A stretch of DNA of 64,000 nucleotides from Octopus sinensis (GCF_006345805.1 NC_043007.1:2480001-2544000), one strand, 5' to 3'. Shown: positions 43,075 to 55,560, counted from the first letter of the stretch. Made by a program: numbers and translations. The notes: generated by a model from the letters alone, not told the origin.

Positions 43075-43111
43075 CTATTGAAAAGGTTGCAAGTCGCAAC
43101 GAAAATTTTAG
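43075..43111 (+). ncRNA. Minimal type I hammerhead-like motif (U3:A8 variant)
   Basis: cua-UUGAAAAG-GUUGC aaguc GCAAC-GAAA-AU-UU-uag. Confidence 0.5.
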
Positions 43112-43214
43112 GAAAATAAAAAGTAAAAAAGTGGAAATTTTACCGGTGAGTGTGTTACGTTATAAGGCACAAAAAGAAAATTACTCTCCCCAGACACAAC
43201 ATTATATCTATCTG

Positions 43215-43286
<72 letters not shown>

Positions 43287-43297
43287 ATCTATCTATC

Positions 43298-43476
43298 TAC
43301 CGTTGGCGATTTTTTTTCCTCTGTCTTCCCTTCTCTGGATCTTTCCTTCTCCAATGTTTCCGACGAAGAGCTCCGCTCGAAACATTAAACCCCCATTCTT
43401 TCTGAGCGTCCAATAATACTATATTTGTTCCACGTTCTCGCGTTGTTGTGTTTCTTGTGCTTTCTTGTTTGGATTA

Positions 43477-43480
<4 letters not shown>
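43298..43480 (+). mobile_element. Short PLE-type end with hammerhead, copy 1
   Basis: Homologous to 49071-49281; ends in (TA)n; motif guuu-CCGACGAA-GAGC ucc GCUC-GAAA-CA-UU-aaac at 43356-43390. Confidence 0.7.
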
Positions 43481-43524
<44 letters not shown>

Positions 43525-44116
43525 ATATAATATATAGATATATATATATATATATATACGTTTAAATATTTGTTTGCAAGATTTTTTATGTGAAGTCGTG
43601 TGTTTGAAACAGATATTGTTATATTTCGGAATGGTCATATTGCCAGTTTAGCCAATAAAAACACACGCACTATATATTTGGTGTTATTTTGCTTCAGTGA
43701 TATTTATTTTTTACATTAATCTTAATCTTATTTCGGCCAAAGTTCTTTCGTCACACTCCTGTGACCGCATCATGGTCCTTTGTTTTCTTCTCACTTACTT
43801 GTGTCTCTCCTTACTAACCGTCAGCCATTTTGTATTTCTATTGTATGCCTTCATTTGCGCATGCTTATATCTCTATGTGCGTCTATGTTTATTTAGTGTG
43901 TGTGGGGGGGATGCCTGTAATATTTGTATCTTCTGGTTATATACATTCTTGTAATTTGTATTTTGTTTTGTGGTTGTTGCTTTTGTTCTAATTTTGTTCA
44001 TGTGTTTACATCCACCCATTATTATCATTACATATGCTTGTATGTATGTATAACAACAATATTAGTAATAATAATAATAAATCTAAACGAAAAAAAAAAA
44101 AGATATATATAATTAC

Positions 44117-44148
<32 letters not shown>

Positions 44149-44285
44149 TATATATCTATACTTACACACATATATACACATTACATATACATATACATAT
44201 ATATACACATATACATATATATAGATATTCATTTCTATTTCTTTAATTACCTGTGTATTTATTATGTTTGCAGGATCCACTATTG

Positions 44286-44492
44286 TCATATGTTGTGGTG
44301 TGCGCTATTGCTCCATTCTAGTTTTCTATTCAGGCTAGGTTTATTTTCTATTATATGTGTAGCTTCTGTAATTTGTCTAATTGTTGCATCTGTTCTATGT
44401 GTGGACAATATCTTAATCTCTATGTTATTGATTGATCCCCCGTGTTCTTGTTCGGCGTGTTGGTACAGAATCGATGAGCTTTTACCTTCCTT
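44286..44492 (-). pseudogene. 5'-truncated C-terminus of PLE GIY-YIG endonuclease
   Basis: Open frame absent from the ORF track: [68 protein letters not shown], matching the PLE pattern SxLxxH...H...RQIxEAxxI...LNRKxEW. Confidence 0.8.
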
Positions 44493-44495
44493 TTA

Positions 44496-44660
44496 CAAGA
44501 ACACGGGGGATCAATCAATAACATAGAGATTAAGATATTGTCCACACATAGAACAGATGCAACAATTAGACAAATTACAGAAGCTACACATATAATAGAA
44601 AATAAACCTAGCCTGAATAGAAAACTAGAATGGAGCAATAGCGCACACTACAACATATGA
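44496..44660 (+). pseudogene. Mirror copy of PLE GIY-YIG C-terminus
   Basis: [54 protein letters not shown]. Confidence 0.8.
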
Positions 44661-44796
44661 CAATAGTGGATCCTGCAAACATAATAAATACACAGGTAAT
44701 TAAAGAAATAGAATGAATATCTATATATATGTATATGGTATATATATGTATATGTATATGTGTATATATGTGTTGTATATATGTATATATATATAT

Positions 44797-44875
<79 letters not shown>

Positions 44876-45186
44876 TTCGATTAGATTTATTATTATTACT
44901 AATATCGTTGTTATACATACATACAAGCATATGTAATGATAATAAGGGTGGATGTAACACATGAACAAAATTAGAACAAAAGCAAAAAAAACAAAAACAA
45001 AATACAAATTACAAGAATGTATATAACCAGAAGATACAAATATTACAGGCATCCCCCCCACACACACACTAAATAAACATAGACGCACATAGAGATATAA
45101 GCATGCGCAAATGAAGACATACAATAGAAATACAAAATGGCTGACGGTTAGTAAGGAGAGACACAAGTAAGTGAGAAGAAAACAAA

Positions 45187-45231
45187 GGACCACTGATGCG
45201 GTCACAGGAGTGTGACGAAAGAACTTTGGCC
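45187..45231 (+). ncRNA. Minimal hammerhead-like motif (A9C variant) in PLE 3' UTR
   Basis: cca-CUGAUGCG-GUCAC aggagu GUGAC-GAAA-GAAC-UU-ugg; the mirror copy near 43735-43778 lacks one C. Confidence 0.5.
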
Positions 45232-45919
45232 GAAATAAGATTAAGATTAATGTAAAAAATAAATATCACTGAAGCAAAATAACACCAAATATATAGTGCG
45301 TGTGTTTTTATTGGCTAAACTGGCAATATGACCATTCCGAAATATAACAATATATATATATATATATCTTGAAATACAAAATGGTAAGTTTACAAAATCG
45401 CCATTGTCTTCAACCATGGACACCAGACGACTTTGGAATCTCCTGCAACTCCTCTACGCCTGGTCATTTGCTGTTTTTTTTTTTATTTTTACTTTGTGAT
45501 TTTTCTCTCCTTCCATCTATTGCCACCCCGCCGGTGTATCGTGAGTTGTTTTCCAACACAGATGCAATGGTATCAATCATGATGTGTGTTGCCTTTTTCT
45601 GTCTTCATTATTGTTTCTAATTAGATCTTTCATGGTCACTGCATTAAATATGTTAACACTATCTGATCTATTGATTTTCATACGGTTGACCTCTCTCAGT
45701 AATTAACCTCAGACGTTTATTTTCTATAGAAACACATATACACATGTAGTTACACGAACATATACATAGATATATATATCTATCTATACAATCATACACA
45801 TACTTACACGTCCACACCTGCGTTTGAGTGTATGTATTAATGCATATGTTTATGTATATATATATACACTCACACATGTACATACATCTAACATACACAC
45901 AGACATGCATATATACATC

Positions 45920-45978
<59 letters not shown>

Positions 45979-45985
45979 ATATAAG

Positions 45986-46016
<31 letters not shown>

Positions 46017-46239
46017 GTGTGTGTGTATATATAATACACGTTTATATAATTTGCAAGCATCACAAAATACACAATATTTTTCTATGATTGTCGTTTATTG
46101 GTTATGCTTGCTAGTAGTAGTTGCAGTAGCAGCAGTAGTAGTAGCAGTAGTAGCTGTAGCAGCGCCAACATTAGTATCTGTAGTGTGTTTTTTAATGTTT
46201 CTCTATTGCTTTCCACCATTACGATCCAGATTGTGCGAC

Positions 46240-46860
46240 GGCTGTGAGCTGGCAGAATCGTTAGCATATCCGGCAAAATGCTCAGTAGCATAGGCTCTGT
46301 CCTTACGCTCTGAGTTCACATCCGCCCAAGTCAACTTTGCTTTACATCCCTTACGGTTTCGATAAAATAAGTACCAGTTGAAAACCGGGGTCGTTATAAT
46401 CGATTACGCCGTCCCCGATATTGCCGCGCTTGTGCTAAAATCCGAAATCAATATTACAGACTGTCCATGAAGGCGGCGAGATGGTAGATTCCTTAGGGCG
46501 CCGGTCTAAATGCTCAGCTGCATTTCGTCCGTCTTTATGTTTTGAGTTCAAATTCTGCCGGCGTGGACCTTGCTTTCGTGGACTGGGATCGATGAAATCG
46601 ACTTACCCGCTCGCCCAAAATTGCTGGCCTTGAGCCAAATTTTGAAACGAACATTACAGACTATGTAAAGGCAGCGAGCTGGCAGAATCGTTATCACACT
46701 GGTCCAAATAGCGCCACTTCATCTATCTTTATATTCGAGGTCGACTTTGCCTTTCACCCTTCCGTGGTTGATAAAATATGTACCAGGCGGATATAATCGA
46801 TTTAGGAACCCTCCTAAATTTCCGACCTTGTGCCAAAATTTGAAATCAATATTACAGACT
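46240..46860 (+). mobile_element. Tandem trimer of old SINE family 2 copies
   Basis: Three heads (46240, ~46472, ~46670), each unit ending in gaaa(tc/cg)aa(t/c)attacagact. Confidence 0.8.
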
Positions 46861-47678
46861 TGGCCTTCCCTTTACTTCTGAAGTGACATCTATTGAATTT
46901 TTATACTCCAAAGACATCATCATATATTATTTAGAAACACTTCGCATACGAAAGGTATATTTGGCTTATATTTATGTAAATATAATCCCGGCCGAGTCTG
47001 TGTTACGATTTTTAATAATTAAAGTAAGTGTGAAATTAAATGAATGTCTAATCTTTGCCTACAGTGCTGCGAATAAAGCAACGTGAGCATTACATTTTCA
47101 CAACAAACAGATAAATCTTTGAGAGTGCCACTGTGAAATCTATTGGAAGAATTTGATATTTAGCAAAATGCTGATGTTAAAGAACGCATATATTTTTGAC
47201 AACCTGCCAAAAAGTATGTTGATTTTCAGGCAGAAATTTAAAACTTCTACACATGATAAAACGCAGTAAAAGTTTAAAGGGAAGTTTTAGTAATATAAAA
47301 TATATAGAATTACTGACAGAAGGAGTTGCACATTTCGCAGGTGTAGCCACTGTTGAAAATAAATATTTATAAAGTTTACAAACTTCTAAAAGAATGTAGA
47401 TTATATATTACAAGAATGAAGATTATATATTTGGAATGAGAAAAAGTAAAGGAAGGACACTTCGAATAGAATTCAATAACTAAATTGAACTTAAATATTG
47501 GTTTGTTGTAAAAGTGTTTATTCACTATTAAAAGAACATTCCAATAAATATTGTCTGCTGTTGTGTTTAATGTACTGGTTTTCAAGTGTATAATAATATA
47601 CATGTTCTCTTAAAATATTGTAAGCACTTGGTTTATTGCGGCAAAATTACATAGACAGGCAAAATATACAATGTTTAA

Positions 47679-48260
47679 GGCGACAAGCTGGCAGAAACGT
47701 TAGCACGCCGAGCGAAATGCCTAGCGGTATTTTGTCTGCCGTTACGTTCTGAATTCAAATTCTGCCGAGGTCGACTTTGCTTTTCATCCTTTTGGGTCGA
47801 TTAAATAAGTACCAGTTACGCACTGGAGCCGATAAAATCGGCTTAATCCGTTTGTCTGTCCTTTTTTGTTCTCTCTGTGTTTAGCCCCTTGTGGGTAGTA
47901 AAGAAATAGGTATTTCATCTGCCGTTACGTTCTGAGTTCAAATTCCGCCAAGATCGACTTTGCCTTTCATCCTTTTGGGATCGATAAATTTTGCAACAGT
48001 TACGAACTGGGGTCGATGTAATCAACTTAATCCGTTTGTCCTCTCTGTGTTTAGCCCCTTGTGGGTAGTAAAGAAATTGGTATTTCGTCTGCCGTCACGT
48101 TCTGCGTTCCAATTCTGCCGAGGTCGACTTTGCCTTTCATCCTTCGGGGTCGATTAAATAAGTACCAGTTACGGACTGGGGTCGATATAATCGACTTAAT
48201 CCGCTTGTCTGTCCTTGTGTGTACCCTTGTGTGTATCCCATTGTCGACAGTAAAGAAATA
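47679..48260 (+). mobile_element. SINE family 2 trimer (tail B)
   Basis: One head; units 2 and 3 restart at GGTATTTC (47909, 48079) directly after AAAGAAAT(A/T). Confidence 0.85.
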
Positions 48261-48735
48261 AAATATACAATGTTTATTGGAATCATGAATGTAGAAGGTG
48301 TGTGTTATAATTAATAGACATTTATGCAAACAGACACGCATGCGCAGTTGTTTACTAGGTCATTAGTACTCTTAGAATTAAATAGGAAAGCCTATGCTTA
48401 AAAGTATGCACACGCATGCATATAAAGAATAAGAAAAAACTTACACCCACGCAAATTTAATAAAGTTCTCAATTAAAACGATTTTCAATGACAACACTTT
48501 AGATTTAACACGGTTTATAACTTCATCAAATCACGGAGATTATAATTTAGCACGAAATCCCCGAATTAATGAACAGACTTTCACCACGCTTTATTCTTGT
48601 GACGTTACTTTGAAATATGGGAGGTAAAATTAATTACATTTAAAAATTCAAACACTTTTGAGTGAATCACTCCAATTTTCATGTGTATATATATATATGT
48701 GTATATATGTATATATATATATATATATATACACA

Positions 48736-48795
<60 letters not shown>

Positions 48796-49035
48796 CATAC
48801 TACATACATACATACATACATACATACATACATACATACATACAATATACATTTACGTACATATACATAGAAATATTAATATTTATAATTCTCTCGAAAG
48901 CAGACTACGGCAGCGGTACTGGATATTAATAATTATCACCAAGCTAACATAGCAGTCCAGAAAAATAGGCCGAATGCTGCCGTTGTATGTGTATACATAC
49001 ATACATACGTACACACACACACACCACACACACAC

Positions 49036-49070
<35 letters not shown>

Positions 49071-49281
49071 CAAAATGTGACGGCGTGTGTACCGTTGTCG
49101 ATTTTTTTCCCTCCGTCTTCCCTTCTCTGGATCTTTCCTTCTTCTATGTTTCCGACGAAGAGCCCCGCTCGAAACGTTAAGCCCTCCTTCTTCCCTTCCT
49201 TCCTGAGCGTTCAATAATACTATATTTGTTCCACGTCCTCGCGTTGTTGTGTTTTTTCGTGCTTTCTTGTTTGGATTAACT
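49071..49281 (+). mobile_element. Short PLE-type end with hammerhead, copy 2, inside (TA)n
   Basis: Homologous to 43298-43480; (TA)n on both sides. Confidence 0.7.
49148..49182 (+). ncRNA. Minimal type I hammerhead ribozyme motif (U4C variant)
   Basis: GUUU-CCGACGAA-GAGC ccc GCUC-GAAA-CG-UU-AAGC; palindromic AACGUU at helix III, as in PLE minimal hammerheads. Confidence 0.6.
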
Positions 49282-49282
49282 A

Positions 49283-49321
<39 letters not shown>

Positions 49322-49682
49322 CATACATACATACATACATACATACATACATACATACATACATACATACATGTATGTATTTGATGTTGTACCTATATAT
49401 ATATATAAGTACCAGACGAAATATGAATCCGATTCAGGGTTCGTCCCAGGTGTGGCGTAAGTATAAAAGAACACAAAAGAGGTTCACTGAATACATCGTA
49501 GCATAAATCCACCATCCTCAGAAATGAATTTGAAAAATTTATAAAAACATGTCAGGTAAAAAGTTAAGTAAAAAAGTTAGTAAACAAGTTAAGTAAAAAG
49601 TAGAAAATGACCTTTCCATCAACAAACATGATGAACAAGTGAACTAGATTTTTCATCGTCTTTTTTCTTCTATCTTGCCACC

Positions 49683-50990
49683 GTGGCATCTCTGAGAGTT
49701 GGCTGCATAAATGCACGTTCCCTGCGTTTCGGTGTAGAAGGTGTATCTCACTCGATAACCTCAAGTCGCTGCATATAGATGTGGTAGCCATCAGTAAAAC
49801 CGGGATATCCCACAAACGTCGATACGCTCGCATTTTCGACGGCTTTGTGATCTACGCGCGTTTAGATCGGCTTGGAATAAGATGCGAAGTGTTGTTGGTG
49901 TTCCAGCAAGGACTGAGACTCGAGATAACGGACACCATTCTAGAGCCGAACTCTAAGTGAGTGGTTCTCGACGTTGTCTGCAGCAAAGGGGTTGCTTTTA
50001 GATTAATTACCTCCTGTGTCCCGACAGGTACAGGACGCCGCGATTTCTTCAAGCACTTTGGGTGTATTGCCGGAAACGTCTCTCATTAGCGACAGTGGGG
50101 ACTGGAACGCTATCTGGGATGCATGTTTGGACTGTGTAAGACTAATCGATAGGAGAAGAGAGGTGAAAAGCATCGTACATATGCCTAATCGTTTCCAATT
50201 GATTGATAGATTGCAACAGGATTTGGGCAAGCAGCGTCGGGACATCCAGGTCGTGTCAACGTAGCATTTTCTGTAAGTTCACTGATCGGAGTGGGCGTAG
50301 GATGTCCATAATTTAAAATAGTCGGGTAAACAGACCACAAATTCATTCTTTGTACTGTCGACATAGATAAGTTTCATAGGCAGGGTCCCAGATACTGGAA
50401 ACTGAACTAGACTTCCCAGGCGCGCAACAATTTCAGTTATATGGTTAGCAATTTCTACAACACTCTGGTGGCTGTAGTCGTCAATCGATACTGGATAATG
50501 TCAACCCACAGTGGATAGCTCTGAAAAAAGCTATTAGAATACAGGTGTTAGGATTCAGTAAAGAAATAGCGATAGAGAGGTCTAGAGTAGATAGGGAAGC
50601 TAGAAGAAGCACTTAGAAATGGCAAAGTGATCGATGCGCTGGCGGCGAGATTAGGCTCTTGACCAATTTTTCACCGCCAAGCACGAAGGTTGTATTGTCA
50701 GATCTAAGGCGCGTACTCTTTGACAAGTTATTCGATGGATTACATTTGGCAACAATAGGGGAGATCTCTGTCCCTTAAGCCGAGTTGTGATGTTGCTGCT
50801 GAACAAGGGAGGCTATATTTTAGGCAATATTTCTATTAAACGCAGATGTTGTCAAGAGGCTGGCCTTTGTGGATATTAACTTGTTCAATGATGCACAGAC
50901 ACGCACTATCCCCATGAGATATGTCTACAACAACAACAACCTTACGCGTTACATCTTAGAGAGGGTAGATACGGAACCTGCCAGTGGCAC
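49683..50990 (+). pseudogene. Decayed Tx1/L1-clade ORF2 (AP endonuclease plus downstream fragments)
   Basis: ASLRVGCINARSLR...LDNLKSLHIDVVAISKT...GDWNA...RYWKLN...KHEGCIVRS; many stops, frameshifts and deletions. Confidence 0.85.
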
Positions 50991-51004
50991 CCTTTTAGAA
51001 TTGT

Positions 51005-51368
51005 TTTAGGTCGAGTAGCGCATCCCGCTCAATAGGTCCCTAAATAAGGGTTGTTTAAGGATGTCGAACGAAACACTCATGTTTCCAGAGGTGAATTATT
51101 CAAACCCAACAGAATTCCTCGGAACACAGGGCTATGATGCTCCCACACTACTTCTGCACGTGACCACAGATGTACATATTGCCAACCATCAGAATACATG
51201 CTCAGCTGCTGAACGTCGAACAACTGACAAGTAAATATATATGTGGTATTGAGCAGGATATTTGCTGTAGCCTATCATTTATACCAAAACAAAATACTGT
51301 ACATGATAACACTTCCAATTAGTTAAGATCAGAAGTCATTAGAGCCAGTGCCTGGTACTGCATTAACT
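51005..51368 (-). mobile_element. Probable interspersed repeat, class uncertain
   Basis: Minus strand tgcagtaccaggca...ttctgatcttaact...ggaagtgttatcatgtaca resembles a repeat recalled from octopus DNA. Single copy in the window. Confidence 0.3.
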
Positions 51369-51514
51369 CATTTATTATTATTATCATCATCATCATCACC
51401 ACAACCACCACGACCACCATCAGCACCGTCGTCATCATCATTATTATCATTTTGTATTAATTGCACTTGCTCTCTGGCTGCTAAGATATCATGAAATTTG
51501 AAGGATTATGCATG

Positions 51515-51611
<97 letters not shown>

Positions 51612-51615
51612 TATA

Positions 51616-51647
<32 letters not shown>

Positions 51648-51730
51648 GATATATATATATATATATACGTATGTATGTATATGTATATGTATATATGTAT
51701 ATGTATATATATATGTATATATATATGAGT
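51515..51730. repeat. Interrupted (TA)n microsatellite
   Basis: Visible directly. Confidence 0.95.
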
Positions 51731-52764
51731 TCGCACTCACAAACACATATGTACATTCATATATGTTTGCTTGTGTGCATGTGTACGTATGTGTGTATAT
51801 ATATATAGCGAGATATAGCGGGAGAGAGATTAAAGAAATATACATATTCCCCGCAATAAATTATATATTCGTGTTGCGATAGAGCAAATTAGTTACGCAA
51901 AAAATCTAGAGAGGAATGCTGATAGCGTGAATGATACATCGGTAGAAAGAATATAAAAATACATATTCACATAGAGATACTCACACACACAAACAGCCCC
52001 CCCCCCCGATATATTTACATACAATAATATGTGGGTGTCGTTGTGCATGGATTGATATGCTTGTATGTGTGTGTAATATATTAACTTAAATGCATATGAA
52101 CTAAGCGCAAAGTAATATTGCCAGGTCAAACACAGCATTAATCACAGAGTGCTCAATAAATGTGTTAATGAAAACTAAGAGGCTGACTTGATTAATATCA
52201 TTTGAGTATGTGAAATACATGGATAAAGGAAAAATAAAATAAGCTATACAATGATTATATGGCTTATGATATCAACATTCCATATATAATATCTCGGCAT
52301 CACTGTATCGAAAAGTCTATCGCATGGCTTTTGTACATCACAACGTGCTCATCCGCACCGTCATAGCTTTTGAGTGATGTTACTTCACTGGTTAGGAAGG
52401 TAGGCTAAGCAATATTCCCCGTTCACGGAGAAAGGGTAATAGAAACTGATGAGGACCCTCCAGATACAGTCTGTTAGCGGTTCAGTGAAAATTTGCAAGA
52501 CATTTCAAAAATTCTCCATTTTATGTGAATAAATGATAAATGTACACAGGTGGGTGCATGTATAGACAGTTAATCTAATACACAAACTCAAAACATACTT
52601 ATGAACATCGGGTTTTGCAACCGCTTTGTTAGCAACCGTCTCGAACTATCAAGAACTAAAGTAGCACCCAAAGAAAAATTATGCATACTGGCATACATGC
52701 ATACATACATACATACATACATACATACATTAATACATAGATACATACACATACATACATACAT

Positions 52765-53049
52765 GTGGAGGCGCAATGGCCTAGTGGTTAGGGCAGCGGA
52801 CTCGCGGTCGCAGGATCGCGGTTTCGATTCCCAGCGAAAACGCTTAAAAGCTCCACGAGGCTCCGGCAGGGAGTGGTGATCCCTGCTGTACTCTTTCACC
52901 ACAACTTTCTCCCACTCTTTCTTCTGTTGGCCTGCTCGCTTAGCCAGCGGGGTGGCGTCATTCGAAGGCTAAAACAATGCGAACGCATTGTGACCAGCGA
53001 CGTGTAACAACATCTGATGGTCTGGTCGGTCACGTGATCACGTGATCAC
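52765..53049 (+). mobile_element. tRNA-derived SINE family 3, tail type 1 (OR1/OR2-like)
   Basis: A-box TGGCCTAGTGG, B-box GTTTCGATTCC; ends in (CACGTGAT)2. Confidence 0.85.
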
Positions 53050-53686
53050 ATACATACATATACACATGCATGCATACACCGATATTCCTCGTTGTCAATG
53101 AAATATCTGACTCACCACTCAAGATCTCTCTGTCGGCTGCTTAGTCCTGTTGCAGATCTGCAGCGTTTGAATTAAATGTAACTGTCATGGGTCATAGTTT
53201 TCCGTGCTTGTCTGTAATTCGGATGAAATGACAAATGAAGTCAAACTAAAGACAAATCAGTGTGTAATTGGATATTTACAAACGTTTGCACAACTCGAAT
53301 GCTATTCTCTGCATCTCTGTAATTAGTACCTAATGACAGGCCTGAACTGAGGTGACTAGCAATCGTATGAAACCGCAGGTTTTCATAAGAGTGTCTCTTA
53401 GAATGGTGCTGTGATACGAGCTAGGGATCCGTCACCCCAAATTTTAATGAATTCCCTGACACAAGCCGCAGATATTCCTTTGTAACCACGTTCAGATTGA
53501 TTCTCATCGCATAGCGTAGTTAATCTACAGATGAAGACCTGACAGAGGCTTCTAAATTACCACAGCGTAAACTCACGGGCAATACAGTCTCATAGGCAAT
53601 GGCATACACATAAAAACCATGCAAATCCTGAGCCGAAGATCCACTATAAGGTGCAATTCAGTCATACACAAGATTTACATACGTCG

Positions 53687-54059
53687 GTGGAGGCGCAATG
53701 GCCCAGCGGACCCGCGGTCAGAGGATCGCGGTTTCGATTCCCAGACCGGGCGTTGTGAGTGTTTATTGAGCGAAAACACCTAAAGCTCCACGAGGCTCCG
53801 GCAGGGGATGGTGGTGATCCCTGCTGTACTCTTTCACCACAACTTTCTCTCACTCTTACTTCCTGTTTCTGTTGTACCTGTATTTCAAGGGGCCGGTCTT
53901 GTCACTCTCTGTGTCACGCTGAATATCCCCGAGAACTACGTTAAGGGTGCACGTGTCTGTAGAGTGCTCAGCCACTTACACGTTAATTTCACGAGCAGGC
54001 TGTTCCGTTGATTCGGATCAACCGGAACCCTCGTCGTCGTAACCGACGGAGTGCTTCCA
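53687..54059 (+). mobile_element. tRNA-derived SINE family 3, tail type 2, with TSD
   Basis: Same 5' half as 52765 with a different 3' half; perfect 12-bp TSD ttacatacgtcg at 53675-53686 and 54060-54071. Confidence 0.9.
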
Positions 54060-54439
54060 TTACATACGTCGACACACATATGGATATATTTGTGTGTGTG
54101 TGTGTGTGTGTGCATGTGTGCGTGTATGCATATATGTTTCTATGATACTTTTCGTCTGTGTGTGATCGTAGTTATTCGTGACAAACTTGACATTCTAATA
54201 AACTGCTTTCATTAGTGCACACACAAATGAATTTCTAAATAGAAAATTGCGAATCTTAAAAATATGTGTGTTTGTGTGTGTATATACATACAAACATACT
54301 TACATATGCATGCATCCACATTTATATACGCATATATATATATATATATTCATATTCCTTCATATAAGTATATAAACCCATAAACGTATATATGAATATA
54401 TATATTATTTTATTATTTACCATCAGGGGAAAGTGCACT

Positions 54440-54610
54440 ATATGTATATATGTATGTATGTATGTAGTTGTATATATGTATGTATGTATGTATGTATGTT
54501 ATGTATGTATATATGTATGTATGTATGTATGTAGTATGTATGTATGTATATATGTATGTATGTATGTATGTATGTTATGTATGTATGTATGTATATATAT
54601 ATATATATAT

Positions 54611-54642
<32 letters not shown>

Positions 54643-54668
54643 ATATATTATATATATATATATATAAT
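54440..54668. repeat. (TATG)n/(TA)n microsatellite
   Basis: Visible directly. Confidence 0.95.
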
Positions 54669-55058
54669 TGCTAATTTTACGTATTGGCTCATCATATGAA
54701 AGAACATAAAACAGTATAGGTATTGTGTATAATTTAACAATCATTCATTATATAAATATAATCATGCGAAGGAAACTGTCTTCAAAACACATCAAAGAAC
54801 GTAAAATGTTTTTAACAACTCCATGTTTTTGGCTTTATTTTTCTTTTTTCTCGTCAGAAGTTTCTAAGAACAATATGAATCCTCATCACGAGTCGTTAAT
54901 TTAGTAATATTATTTCCTTCTGGTTAATAATCATTGAAATCTTGCTGTCCTTTTTATGATTCCAATTGAATAATTCGAAGATATTATTCTATAAAGGAAA
55001 TAAGTTTTTCTAATTAATCTACCTACAACATATATCTTATGCATAGAGGATACCTATG

Positions 55059-55560
<502 letters not shown>

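Larger units (their letters stand above)
42817..43202. mobile_element. Head-to-head pair of PLE-type ends, each with a hammerhead-like motif
   Basis: 42877-43010 is the diverged reverse complement of 43069-43202; flanked by (TA)n and (ATCT)n. Confidence 0.7.
43559..45353. mobile_element. Penelope-like element 3' region duplicated head-to-head (~1.75-kb palindrome)
   Basis: Arms at 43613-44451 and 44495-45353 with a 43-nt spacer; each arm has a GIY-YIG C-terminus, a microsatellite-rich 3' UTR and a hammerhead-like motif; (TA)n on both sides. Confidence 0.85.

Noticed and set aside
44290-44638. Mirror-image membrane-like ORFs ([13 protein letters not shown]...)
   Set aside because: Antisense frames of the PLE GIY-YIG C-terminus in the palindrome.
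52446-52480. CTGATGAGGAC hammerhead half
   Set aside because: No GAAA after the putative stem II.
52765-52835. tRNA gene
   Set aside because: The tRNA-like head runs on into a SINE body and lacks a complete acceptor stem.
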